A program made the position numbers and the translations under genes. Positions 26,870 to 38,619 of a DNA stretch of 64,000 nt are shown one piece after another. Every line of letters starts with the position of its first letter. Within the stretch, counting starts at the first letter, position 1. Origin of the DNA: Octopus vulgaris (taxonomy: Eukaryota); assembly GCA_951406725.2 (NCBI GenBank), contig OX597828.1, positions 11,780,001-11,844,000 of the forward strand, written 5' to 3'. The notes under the pieces are model-generated. The model did not search any database. It worked only from the letters and a program-made list of their open reading frames with translations, and was not told where the DNA came from.

Positions 26870-27230
26870 AAGAAGAAGAAAACAAACTATGCTGGATCAC
26901 AGATATAGCATGCCCAGCTGACATGATATGCGATAAGGAAGAAAGAAAAGTCGAGAGAGATGACAGGTTAGCTTGGGAAGTTAAGCAGTTGTGGTGGATG
27001 AAAAAGGTAGCAGCATTACCAATAATTGTCGTAGCCCTGGGAACAGTGAGCAAAAATCTCGAGTAATAGGGGATACAATAAGGGTGGAGCATTTGCAGAA
27101 AACTGCACTTGTTGGAACCGCTCGAATACTCTGGAAGGTGCTCGAAAAATAAGAGGTGTTACCTTAGTTCACTGGTAGTGAACAGCTGACACCGTAGTAC
27201 ATCTCCAGCGTTAGAAGCTGTTCATAGGCA
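26870..27230 (+). mobile_element. R4/Dong-type LINE 3' end (restriction-like endonuclease domain), decayed
   Basis: ITDIACP...KEERKVE...L..EVKQLW...PIIV.ALGTV...LQKTAL.GTARIL; flanked by (AAT)n. Confidence 0.8.
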
Positions 27231-27300
27231 ACAACAATAATAATAATAATAATAATGGTCAAGACGAAGAGCGAGATTCGATTGTAAGATATTTTATTAG

Positions 27301-27343
27301 TTGAACAATATTTCAACAGTAAGTCTGTCTTTGTCAAGTTCAG
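27301..27343 (-). ncRNA. Minimal hammerhead-like motif, U3:A8 variant (left arm)
   Basis: CTGAAC-TTGACAA-AGACAG-ACTTA-CTGTT-GAAA-TA-T-T-GTTCAA. Confidence 0.6.
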
Positions 27344-27608
27344 AATAAGAAGTGATAAAAATTCAAAATTACAGAAATTTAAACGTAAAGTATGAATGAG
27401 AGCAACTAGCGTCCACACGTTGATGGAATGACATCACCAGTTTTTAAGTTACAATTTTATAACAAGCGAATAGAAAAAGAAATAGACAGTTATAAAATTG
27501 TAACTTAAAAACTGATGATGTCATTCCATCAACGTGTGGACTCTTCTTGCTCTCGTTCATACTTTACGTTTAAATTTCTGTAATTTTGATGTTTTATCAC
27601 TTCTTATT

Positions 27609-27651
27609 TTGAACTTGACAAAGACAAACTTACTGCTGAAATATCGTTCAA
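27609..27651 (+). ncRNA. Minimal hammerhead-like motif, U3:A8 variant (right arm)
   Basis: TTGAAC-TTGACAA-AG...CT-GAAA-TA-T-C-GTTCAA; 6-bp stem I. Confidence 0.6.
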
Positions 27652-27735
27652 CTAATAAAATATCTTACAATCGACTCGCGCTCTTCGTCTTGACTGTTTA
27701 CCTTTGTGAAGAGTTACGTCAATCCTTTTTTTTAA

Positions 27736-27814
<79 letters not shown>

Positions 27815-27815
<1 letters not shown>

Positions 27816-28550
27816 GTGATGGTGATGAAGCTGACAAACACAAAAAAGGGGTCATAGTACCTAACAACTATGAAGAAAAAGAAGAAACAACAAAAACTTT
27901 AAAACAACTGAAAACCCCTCTCACCACAAAAAAAAACTGGAACAGCAACGGATCATGCAAAAACGATGGCAAAAATGTCCCTTCATGGCATACATTGGGT
28001 TAAAATAAACAGAAAAAACATAGACAGACAAAATTCCAGCAATGGCTGAGAAGCTCAGGACTGTAAGGAGAGACTGAATGATTTTAAATTGCAGCACAAT
28101 ATCAAAGCCTTTCCATTAGAAGTCACCAAAAACGCGTAACCAAAAGAAATACCAATAACTACAGAATATGTGGAGATGGAGAAAAAACAAAAAATCATAT
28201 TGTCTCTGGCTGCCCAGTCCTGGCTAAGAAGGAATATATTTACAGACATGACAGAGTTGAGACCTACATACACTGGAAGCTACACCAATACTAAGGAATA
28301 ACAACAGAAAATAGATGGTATCAACACACGTCAGAAAAGGTCACAGAAAACAAGAAAGCAACCATACTCTGGCCTATATACATACAAGTAGAGAAATTAA
28401 GGGCATTAGGACGGATATAGTTGTCAGAGATCACCAAGAAAAGATGCTTTCTAATCGATGTATCAATACCAACAGATGGTCATGTTTCTCTAAAAGAAAC
28501 GGAGAAACTTTTAAAATACAAATATCTGAAAATAAAGGTAACTCGAATAA
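27815..28550 (+). mobile_element. Decayed R4/Dong-type LINE fragment (Zn knuckle/RLE region)
   Basis: Frameshifted QWLRSSGL.GETE..IAAQ.Q...RICG...HI.SGCPVLAKKEYIYRHDRV..YIHWKL; follows (AAT)n. Confidence 0.78.
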
Positions 28551-28804
28551 CATTCTCATAAATCCTGGAAGTGACTGTGAAAACTGGCTACGTAATCCAC
28601 TCGGGACAATTTTTATAAAAATAACCTTATCCCTTTTGTCGAGACTGGTTAAGCACAATTTAATTCTGTCTCTGTTTGCAAGACAATTATGATGCACGCA
28701 AACAACACAGTTGATACAATGTAGATTCCGGAAAATGCACACACACATACCTGTATCCTTTCTTTGGAATTGGATCTCGAAGTACTTACAAGACTATAAA
28801 TAGG

Positions 28805-29527
28805 GATTTCAAATTTTTGCCACAAGGGCAGATTTGAGAAGGGGATTAAGTCGATTACATGGACCCCAGTGCGTAACTGTCAATAATTTTATCGACTCCG
28901 AAAGGCAAACTCGATCTTGGCGGAATTTGAACTCAGAACGTAACGGCTAACGAAATACCTATTTTTTTACTGCCCACAAGGGGCTAAAAACAGAGAGGAC
29001 AAACAAGGACAGATAACCGGATTAAGTTGATTATATCGACCCCAGTGCATAACTGGTACTTATTTAATCGACCCCGAAAGGATGAAAGGCAAAGTCGACC
29101 GCGGCGGAATTTGAACTCAGAACGTAGCGGCAGACGAAATACCATGTGTCGATCCGTTTATTGAAGATGGCAGACTATGATTTAAAGGACATTTTGTTGC
29201 TATATGCAACAGGTCGAGATTCAGTGTAGAGGCTCTCTTGTAGCTTTCTATGATAGTAATAAAACCATTAAGTAACATACATTCCATAAATAATTATTCC
29301 TTTACTACCCACAAGGGGCTAAACACAGAGGGGACACACAAGGACAGACAAACGGATTAGGTCGATTACATCGACCCCAGTGCGTAACTAGTACTTATTT
29401 AATCGACTCCGAAAGGATGAAAGGCAACGTCAACCTCGGCGGAATTTGAACTCAGTTCGTAGCGGCAGACGAAATACCAGTAAACATTTCGCCCGGTGTG
29501 CTAGCGATTCTGCCAGCTCGCTGCCTA
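28805..29527 (-). mobile_element. SINE family B array including a transduced 150-bp flank
   Basis: Three units; 29144-29525 matches 14740-15115. Confidence 0.85.
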
Positions 29528-29659
29528 AAACTAAAATATAAAAAATAACAGGTAAACATTGGGCTGAAGGACTGAAAAACTCTTCTGATTAGATCGTCTA
29601 CAGAAGGTGTGGATTCGTCTCACGAGCAGCCTTCGATTTCTTCTCTCCATATATAAGTA

Positions 29660-29699
<40 letters not shown>

Positions 29700-29830
29700 A
29701 ATAAAAAGAATTCCAACCTTGTCTGATTTTCACGTTTTATTTACAATCTTATAATGATATATTATAAGATAATATATTATAATTGAATAAAATAAAATGA
29801 AATAGTAGAATGTTAAATATTCATTCTGAT

Positions 29831-29875
29831 TGAACTAGTACTTTCATGCATTGAATTCTGCAATCTTCGGGTTCA
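29831..29875 (-). ncRNA. PLE minimal hammerhead motif (left arm, sense to the ITIH pre-mRNA)
   Basis: Mirror image of 31653-31697. Confidence 0.65.
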
Positions 29876-30380
29876 TGTAGTAGTGTTGACAGTCATGCTT
29901 CGCAATTTTTGACTGTAGCAAGATGAGTGATTCTGTGCTATAAATACAGCTGGGTAGGCTCCAGAGTGCTAGGTTTTGCAAACTGTATTCTGACCAATCA
30001 GTGTGTAGTATCACTCAATTACTTAAGCTGATTGGTTGGTTGAGCTGATTGGTTTAGGCATCATGCTTTGTTGGACAGGTCAAGAGTCCTGTATCTTGAC
30101 CCTGGCCGAAGCAGCAATTGTTGGGTTATTTTTAGAAATGTTGTAAATATCCTTTGTCAGAGATTTTTATATTTTTATATTTCAATTGTCATCATCATCA
30201 TTGTCAGCACCTTAATTATTGTTGCTAGTGGTGATGGTGGTGGCAATAGAACTTTTAACCCTAAATAAGATAATTTTCCTGCTATCTTCGTCTTGATCAC
30301 CTTTAGTATTGTTGTTGTTGTTAGTGGTCATGGTCGTAGCAGTGGAAGTAATACCTCTAAGTATTATTATTATTGCTTAT

Positions 30381-30755
30381 TTAGCTTGGGTTCGAATTTA
30401 TCAATAAAATTCTTTCTCTGATTTTCCTCTCGATTTCACTTGGGCTGTGTAATTTGTAGAATGGAAATATTATATATATTTTCCGACCACATGTTGCTAG
30501 GTGGTTACTTAAAGGTATCTGACGGACCTCTGGGTCTCTAATCTGTTGCCGGTGTACACGTGAGCGTTCTAATAATGCGTTTCCCGTCTGACCTACATAT
30601 ATTTCTTCACAATTTGGGCATTTGATGCAGTAAATTAAATTTCTGCTTTTGCAGTTCATATTCGCGTTTGTGAATATTTTTCCGGTTTTTGTGTTTATAT
30701 ATTGACCGGTATGTATGAATTGGCATGTGCCACATCGGCTATCATTGCATTTAGA
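30381..30755 (-). pseudogene. Inverted copy of the PLE GIY-YIG endonuclease with a 1-nt deletion near the C-terminus
   Basis: Same protein as the + copy until KIRE, then frameshifted. Confidence 0.85.
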
Positions 30756-30771
30756 TACAGTGAATGTTTGG

Positions 30772-31158
30772 TCTAAATGCAATGATAGCCGATGTGGCAC
30801 ATGCCAATTCATACATACCGGTCAATATATAAACACAAAAACCGGGAAAATATTCACAAACGCGAATATGAACTGCAAAAGCAGAAATTTAATTTACTGC
30901 ATCAAATGCCCAAATTGTGAAGAAATATATGTAGGTCAGACGGGAAACGCACTATTAGAACGCTCACGTGTACACCGGCAACAGATTAGAGACCCAGAGG
31001 TCCGTCAGATACCTTTGAGTAACCACCTAGCAACATGTGGTCGGAAAATATATATAATATTTCCATTCTACAAATTACACAGCCCAAGTGAAATCGAGAG
31101 GAAAATCAGAGAAAAGAATTTTATTGATAAATTCGAACCCAAGCTAAATAAGCAATAA
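30772..31158 (+). pseudogene. 5'-truncated PLE ORF: Cys Zn-finger linker plus GIY-YIG endonuclease
   Basis: KCNDSRCGTC...NCKSRNLIYCIKCPNCEEIYVGQTG...ERSRVH...HL...RE..FI..FEPKLN; the ATG at 30715 comes from the opposite arm. Confidence 0.9.
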
Positions 31159-31652
31159 TAATAATACTTAGAGGTATTACTTCCACTGCTACGACCATGA
31201 CCACTAACAACAACAACAATACTAAAGGTGATCAAGACGAAGATAGCAGGAAAATTATCTTATTTAGGGTTAAAAGTTCTATTGCCACCACCATCACCAC
31301 TAGCAACAATAATTAAGGTGCTGACAATGATGATGATGACAATTGAAATATAAAAATATAAAAATCTCTGACAAAGGATATTTACAACATTTCTAAAAAT
31401 AACCCAACAATTGTTGCTTCGGCCAGGGTCAAGATACAGGACTCTTGACCTGTCCAACAAAGCATGATGCCTAAACCAATCAGCTCAACCAACCAATCAG
31501 CTTAAGTAATTGAGTGATACTACACACTGATTGGTCAGAATACAGTTTGCAAAACCTAGCACTCTGGAGCCTACCCAGCTGTATTTATAGCACAGAATCA
31601 CTCATCTTGCTACAGTCAAAAATTGCGAAGCATGACTGTCAACACTACTACA

Positions 31653-31697
31653 TGAACCCGAAGATTGCAGAATTCAATGCATGAAAGTACTAGTTCA
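31653..31697 (+). ncRNA. PLE minimal type-I hammerhead motif (U4C)
   Basis: TGAAC-CCGAAGA-T-TGCA-GAATTCAA-TGCA-T-GAAA-GTAC-T-A-GTTCA; palindromic stem III; in the PLE 3' UTR. Confidence 0.65.
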
Positions 31698-32187
31698 ATC
31701 AGAATGAATATTTAACATTCTACTATTTCATTTTATTTTATTCAATTATAATATATTATCTTATAATATATCATTATAAGATTGTAAATAAAACGTGAAA
31801 ATCAGACAAGGTTGGAATTCTTTTTATTAATATATTCTTCTATACACAATCACACACACCCATATATATATATATCTATATATATATATATATATATATA
31901 TACACTCACATATACAACCACACAAATACGCACACATACACACAAACACACACACATAGGGAGGTAGATAGAAAATGTGTCACCTGAAGGCGATGATGCA
32001 TTATAAAAGATAAGATTCTTGCACAAATCAAGTAAGAATGAGCGAGATCACTTTTTTGACTGAAACACAAAAAAAAAAAAAAAAAACTAAAAATAACTCT
32101 TTTTAGAAATAGTAAAATAATGGACAGTTGTTCTTCATATTTTTCTCCAAAGATTCGTGAATCCTATTAAATGTTCATGATAAAAAT

Positions 32188-32240
<53 letters not shown>

Positions 32241-32263
32241 TAATAATAATAATAATAATAGTG

Positions 32264-32318
<55 letters not shown>

Positions 32319-32337
32319 TAATAATAATAATAATAAC

Positions 32338-32368
<31 letters not shown>

Positions 32369-32371
32369 GTG

Positions 32372-32432
<61 letters not shown>
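32188..32432. repeat. (AAT)n microsatellite
   Basis: About 80 units, interrupted. Confidence 0.95.
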
Positions 32433-32453
32433 GGATGATGATGACACACTTAC

Positions 32454-32546
32454 CACCACCGCCGCCGCCGCCGCCGCCGCCGCCACCGCCGCCACCGCCA
32501 CGTCGTCTTCCATAAGTGTTCGGACCTCCTCTTTTTGGTGGTGATG
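32454..32546 (-). CDS. ITIH: ITIH-like linker exon (TSPPKRGGPNTYGRRR-G14)
   Basis: atattttag acceptor, gtaagt donor, phase 1-1 joining both neighbouring exons in frame; position matches the variable linker before DPHF. Confidence 0.85.
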
Positions 32547-33071
32547 CTAAAATATAAAAGATCAACAAAAAATATTACAGTCAACATTGTTTGTAATACA
32601 ATATAATACAGCAACGATAAAGTTCTTTTTTTTTTATTTGATTCTCGGGTTCTAGAAAAGTGCTAGACTTTAGCCTTTTATCGAAAAAAAAATGGTTACT
32701 CGTCGATGAAACCTGTACAGTGCAAAATAATCTCACAGTAAACATATAAAAGGAGAATTTTCAAAATTTCCCTAATTTAATAATAAATTATCTACCGAAA
32801 AAAACATTTATCTGCTTGATCATCTGAAGTGTTACTGGTCAATACGTGTGTATTTTATTCAACTCCCAATGCAACAAATCTTAATTTGCTTTGATACATC
32901 TATATTTTTTACAACAGAGACTATTGCAGAGACAATGTACAACAAAGACTATTTGGGTATTATTGAACACAGTCCTCGTGAGCGCATCACTAGCAAATGT
33001 ACTGGGTTGTGGACTGTAAAACAAAGTCGATAACACACACACACACACACACACAAACGCGCATGCATATG

Positions 33072-33120
<49 letters not shown>

Positions 33121-33133
33121 ATATACATAGTAT

Positions 33134-33515
33134 TTTATTCTTCTACTTGTTTCAGTGATTTGACTGATGTTATGCTGGAGCACCGCCTTTAGTCGAACAA
33201 ATCGATCTCTATCGGTGTCTTTTGCAACACCGTTATGTTGCGGGGACGTAAACACACCAACATCGGTTGTCAAGCGATGATGGGCAACAAACGCAGACAC
33301 TAATACACAAACACACGCACATTAATATATACATATATAATATGTGTGTGTGTGTATGTAGTTTTTCTTTCAGTTTCCGTCTACCAAATCTACTCAGAAG
33401 GTCTTGGTTGGCCCAAGGCTAAAGTAGAAGACATTTGCTCCTGGTTCCACACAGTGGGACTGGACCTGGGACCATATGGTTGGGAAGGAAGCTTCTTATG
33501 ACATAGCCGCTCCTA
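33134..33515 (-). mobile_element. SINE family A
   Basis: Reverse-complement homology to 788-1192. Confidence 0.8.
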
Positions 33516-33603
33516 TGTATATAATATATGTATACATATATATATATATGAATGTATATAACATGTATCTATACATATATATGTATGTATATAATACATG
33601 TGT

Positions 33604-33683
<80 letters not shown>

Positions 33684-34124
33684 CAACAACAAATACTCCC
33701 TACCCTGTTGACCAACTGAGGGTTGACCAAATCCTAGTTTGCATGCCATTAGTTGAAAACCACAGGTCTACTGTCTTTATCTCAAACCACCTAGAGGCCT
33801 TCTCTTATGAATATACGTATACAAAATTCTGAGCTTTTTTTAGTCAGTTGTATTTTTCAGTCAGTTGTCTGACGAATACTATCATATGTCTCTCTATAAT
33901 AAATTATGTTCAATTTATCTGTAAGATGATATGTTTCAGACTTGGACCAGTAGCATAGTATCACAGGAAAAGACCTGAGATGTATCAGCAGTTAAATTCG
34001 TCAGTCTTTCAGATTTGTGAGCCATTATGCATACAAACACATACGAACGCATCCTCAGAGACACTCATGCACACATATATTAGCGTATATGTGTGTGCAT
34101 GACCTAATTTCATGTACATTTATA

Positions 34125-34157
<33 letters not shown>

Positions 34158-34742
34158 TACACACACACATACAAACATATATTGAAGAAGTTGCAAGAAA
34201 CAACGAAAATTTTAGAAAAAATAAATAAAATAGTTAGTGGAAATGGAACCCAGTGTGTTAATTAACAAGCCTTTAAAACAGAATGACGCACCCCAGACAC
34301 AATAATATATGTGTGTGTGTGTGTTAGAGGTTATTTTAGCCAAGTCAAGGCATGGTTTTCTCGAAGAAAATATTGGTCCAATACCTAATATTTTGGGGAC
34401 AATTGATTTCCTTAAAATAATAGGTTTGTATATAAACTGTAGTTTATATTCATGCAAAAAAAGAGAAGAAAATGGAAATATTGAAGTTAATTATCAGTAA
34501 CAAATATTGAGTTTATTATCAGTAACAAATCGATCATTATCCCTAACAGCTGTTTCTGTTGTACACAGTGAAATAAATTAACTATCAAATTCATACTTCT
34601 GACCACAATCTCTAGAGAGTTGAGGAGAATATACCCTTAGATATTATGTATGTTTGTTTGTAGATTCAATCTGCGGTGATAAACCAGTATTTCCTTGGAT
34701 GGCACCATACCTTCATGATGTGAAAATAACCGCTAACTGAAT

Positions 34743-34786
<44 letters not shown>

Positions 34787-35095
34787 TGAGAAAGTTGGTG
34801 TGTGAAAGCACGTTGTTGGATGTATAAAAAATAGAAAAGAGTGACAAGCCTTCTGTAGTTTTTTCACTCTTTTCTATTATGGTGTTGTTCAAACGATGAA
34901 TAGCCTTCGCGTAAACCACTGGTTCGTTTTGTTCTCTTACTTTATTATCCTCTTATAATCATCCCATAATAATGACCGTTATGACTCGTATTACTACCTC
35001 AGTCAATCTAAATGTATATATTTGTCACTACCTGTCATAAATAGCCTTTTTCTATTTGCAATATACATTTTCGTTGATTTTTCATATTTTACCCC

Positions 35096-35180
<85 letters not shown>

Positions 35181-35532
35181 TATATATATATTATTGTGTC
35201 TGGGGAGAAACTTTCTGTTTTGATGACTTCTTAATTAACACACTCACCGAGTTCGCTTTCCACTCATTTACTTATATTATTTTTCCTAAAATGTTCGTTA
35301 TTTGCAACTTTTTCAATAGTCGTTGACTCACATATATAAATATTTATGTATATAAATATATATATCTTTATTTCCTTCTCTGATTGCCTGTTAATACTTT
35401 GCATGTACCACGTGCTCGCGTTGTTGCTTTCTCTTGTGTTTTTTCTTAGTTTCTCTGGATTAACTATATATAAATATATATACATATATATATATGTATA
35501 TAGGTATTTGTATATGAATATAGATAATTATA

Positions 35533-35822
35533 TGAGTGGCTGTATGGTAAGTAGCTTGCTTACGATCCACGTGGTTCCTGGTTCATATATATATATGAAT
35601 GTGTTTATATACGTTTGTGTGTTTGTGTTTGCCCCCCAATATCGCTTGACAACCGATACCGGTGTGTTTACGTCACCATAACTTAGCGGTTCGGCAAAAG
35701 AGACCGATAGAATAAGTACTAAGCTTACAAAGAATAAGTCCTGGGATCGATTTCCTCGACTAAAGGCGGCGCTCCAGCATGGCCACAGTCAAATGACTGA
35801 AACAAGTAAAAGAGCAAAAGAG
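35533..35822 (+). mobile_element. SINE family A (internally deleted)
   Basis: Head and 3' half homologous to 788-1192. Confidence 0.8.
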
Positions 35823-35994
35823 TATATATATAATTATACGTATCTGTATGATTATAATATATATACATATATATGTGTGTATATGCATGTGTATGTGTGT
35901 GTGTATGTGTAGGCATGTATTCGGAAATGATCGTTCCAAAAGTGTTCTTCTGTAGTAAAAACAATATGCTTTGCGATGATGAAAACACACTTAC

Positions 35995-36085
35995 TGGGTT
36001 TTTGTGTCGATGTATCTAATGGATCTCCAAATTCGCTCTCCGGTTTGACGACCAGCATCGATGTCACTGGAGTTACAAATTTGTA
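35995..36085 (-). CDS. ITIH: ITIH-like exon (YKFVTPVTSMLVVKPESEFGDPLDTSTQKP)
   Basis: ttttcag acceptor, gtaagt donor, phase 0-1; YxFVTPxTSMxVxKP is conserved in ITIH. Confidence 0.95.
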
Positions 36086-36671
36086 CTGAAAACATTACAA
36101 AACAAAAACAACACATTTATTTCAATGCTAACATAATTCAGTGATATTCAGAAGTATAAAACTTGGAGTGAACACTTAATAAAATTATTAATGTGAATAG
36201 CTACCTATAATTCTATCTATTTATTTATCTGTCTCTCTATAAACCATCCTATTAATGTAAATATCTATCTATCTATCTATATATCTGTGTGGATACATGT
36301 ATGTTTGTATCTATCTATTCGTCCATCCATTATTATTATTATTATTATAAAAAGCACAAATTGACTGGGTAACCATATTTCACAAGGCCTTTTTGTGGTT
36401 TCCATTATAAAATTTTTACTCTCTGAACTACTTGTGTGCTATACAACTTGTTGAAAATCATATAGAATTACACAACACACACACATATATACATATAAAA
36501 ACATGCACATATATAATCTGATATATTCATGCGTACATTGATACACAGATATATACATATATGCAAATGTATATATATATATATACCGTTATATATATAT
36601 GTATATATATACATACAAATATCTATACACATATACATATACACGTACATACGTACATATATATATGTTAT

Positions 36672-36734
<63 letters not shown>

Positions 36735-37112
36735 AACACACATGACGGTCTTCAGTTTCTGTCTCCATACATACATAGATGTATATAAATATGTCGAGAT
36801 ACAAAAGCAAATAGGTTTGAAGGATGGATGGGTAGATAACATATATGAGTACAAAGTAACTCACACATAATTTTTTTTATATTGACCAAAAATACCACTT
36901 GATACCAAAAAAATATATATAAATAAGAAAGAAAGAAGGTAAAACGCTATCTCAACGGAAATGAACTGAAGCACTATATCTTAATATATGCAGACTTAAG
37001 TGAATAAGATGAAAGCGCTGCAAGGTATTTATATTGAAATAAAAGTCTTAAAATGTATATCTCTAAATCATTAAAATTTACATTATTTCCCATTACGTGT
37101 TTGTGTGTCTGT

Positions 37113-37410
37113 GAAGGCGCGTGTCTTAGTGGTTCGTGTGTATTCGGCTAACAATCGTAACGTCGTGAGTTCGATTCCCGACGGTGCATCGTGTCCCTGA
37201 GCAAAGCAATTTATTTCACGTTGCTCCAGTCGCACTCGGCTGGCAAAAATTAGTAGTCCTTTTTTTTTACAAAACGGCCAGCCTCGTCACATTCTGTATG
37301 ACGCCGAATCTCCCTGAGAACAACGTTACAGTAACACGTGTCCGTGGAGTGCAGAATGTAATGTCATGAGCAAACTGTCCCGTTGATCTTATCAGCTGCA
37401 GCTCTCGTCC
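37113..37410 (+). mobile_element. SINE related to family D (same head, different tail)
   Basis: GGCGCGTGTCTTAGTGG...GAGTTCGATTCC...TTTCACGTTGCTCCAGT. Confidence 0.75.
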
Positions 37411-37743
37411 TCAAGACATGTATATATATATATATATATGCACACAAAATTGTATATCTTCCCGAGCTTTCGGAGCTGATAAGGCTAGTTTCCCAGACTC
37501 AGGCGCGTATATGATAAATAAAATAGAGAGATACAATTGACAATCCAATAATTTATTTATATAATGATATAACATAATATACTACGAATATAATATATGA
37601 TAACATTTAAAAAATCATTAAAAAACCACACAGGCCAATTATTTACTTCGACTTATATACACTTTTTGATGTATAAAAATTTCAATTCACTTATCTAAGT
37701 CTCGTCGGGGCTAAGGGTTAAACATAGATAAAATAATAATAAT

Positions 37744-37829
<86 letters not shown>

Positions 37830-38001
37830 CAATGATAATAATATACCACGGAATCACCCACCAGAGGGATTTTCTGCGTGGCTGACAACTAATAGCAGAC
37901 ACAGACTTCAGATACTAATCGATGCGAATAGCCATAACCTGGAGCATAACTGAGAGCCGCCACTGTAGACTACCGGGTAATATATCCCTCCAAACTCACG
38001 C

Positions 38002-38048
<47 letters not shown>

Positions 38049-38414
38049 TTATATATCATATTCTAATATATATGCAATATAATATTTGTTTCGTCAGGTG
38101 TTTCTGTTTTCTTATTGATATACTATTTTGATCAGTCGTTTTTTTTTTTGGTTTTCATATTGTTACTTTGGTAATATATTCACATTATATTAATGCATAT
38201 AGCACTCAATCATGTTCCTTGTACATTACATTAGAATGTTTGCTGGAAGATACATGATTTATTTTCAAAACCATAATTATATTAATACTGTAGGTATAAA
38301 GAAAACTACGTATAATACAATAATGAAAAATTTGAATTTCGCAGTGTCTTTTCAGAAAACAACTTTACTGTCGAAAGTGTATATGCATATATTTATATAT
38401 GTATATATATGTCA

Positions 38415-38506
<92 letters not shown>

Positions 38507-38577
38507 GCATGTAGCATAATTGTAGATAGGGCAGATTCAATTCATTTCTCCGAAGACTGAAAAAAAATTATGAACAA

Positions 38578-38619
38578 GCTTAATCGATTTTCGAACCTTA
38601 TTGGTTTCTCATCAGAGGC
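38578..38619 (-). ncRNA. Minimal hammerhead-like motif, canonical core
   Basis: GCCT-CTGATGA-GAAACC-AATAA-GGTTC-GAAA-ATCGAT-T-A-AGC; palindromic stem III; weak stem I. Confidence 0.6.

Larger units (their letters stand above)
27258..27737. mobile_element. 437-bp palindromic PLE-like 3'-end element in (AAT)n, with 43-nt unpaired tail
   Basis: Arms 27258-27463 and 27489-27694, 25-nt spacer, one hammerhead motif per arm. Confidence 0.75.
29700..31850. mobile_element. Penelope-like retroelement (Neptune-type) 3' portion as a 2.13-kb head-to-head palindrome
   Basis: Arms 29700-30755 and 30772-31828, 16-nt spacer; only about 4 differences seen; GIY-YIG ORF and hammerhead motif on each arm; flanked by (TA)n/(CA)n. 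Confidence 0.92.

Noticed and set aside
30715-30771. MNWHVPHRLSLHLD as a true N-terminus of a stand-alone GIY-YIG gene
   Set aside because: The ATG and first residues are the antisense of the opposite arm, so this is a chance in-frame start created by the inversion; expression is not excluded but is unsupported.
30068-31460. 66-aa hydrophobic ORFs on both palindrome arms
   Set aside because: Antisense to a low-complexity PLE 3' UTR; no coding evidence.
32171-32515. Plus-strand poly-Ile/poly-Pro ORF
   Set aside because: Antisense of the Gly exon plus (AAT)n.
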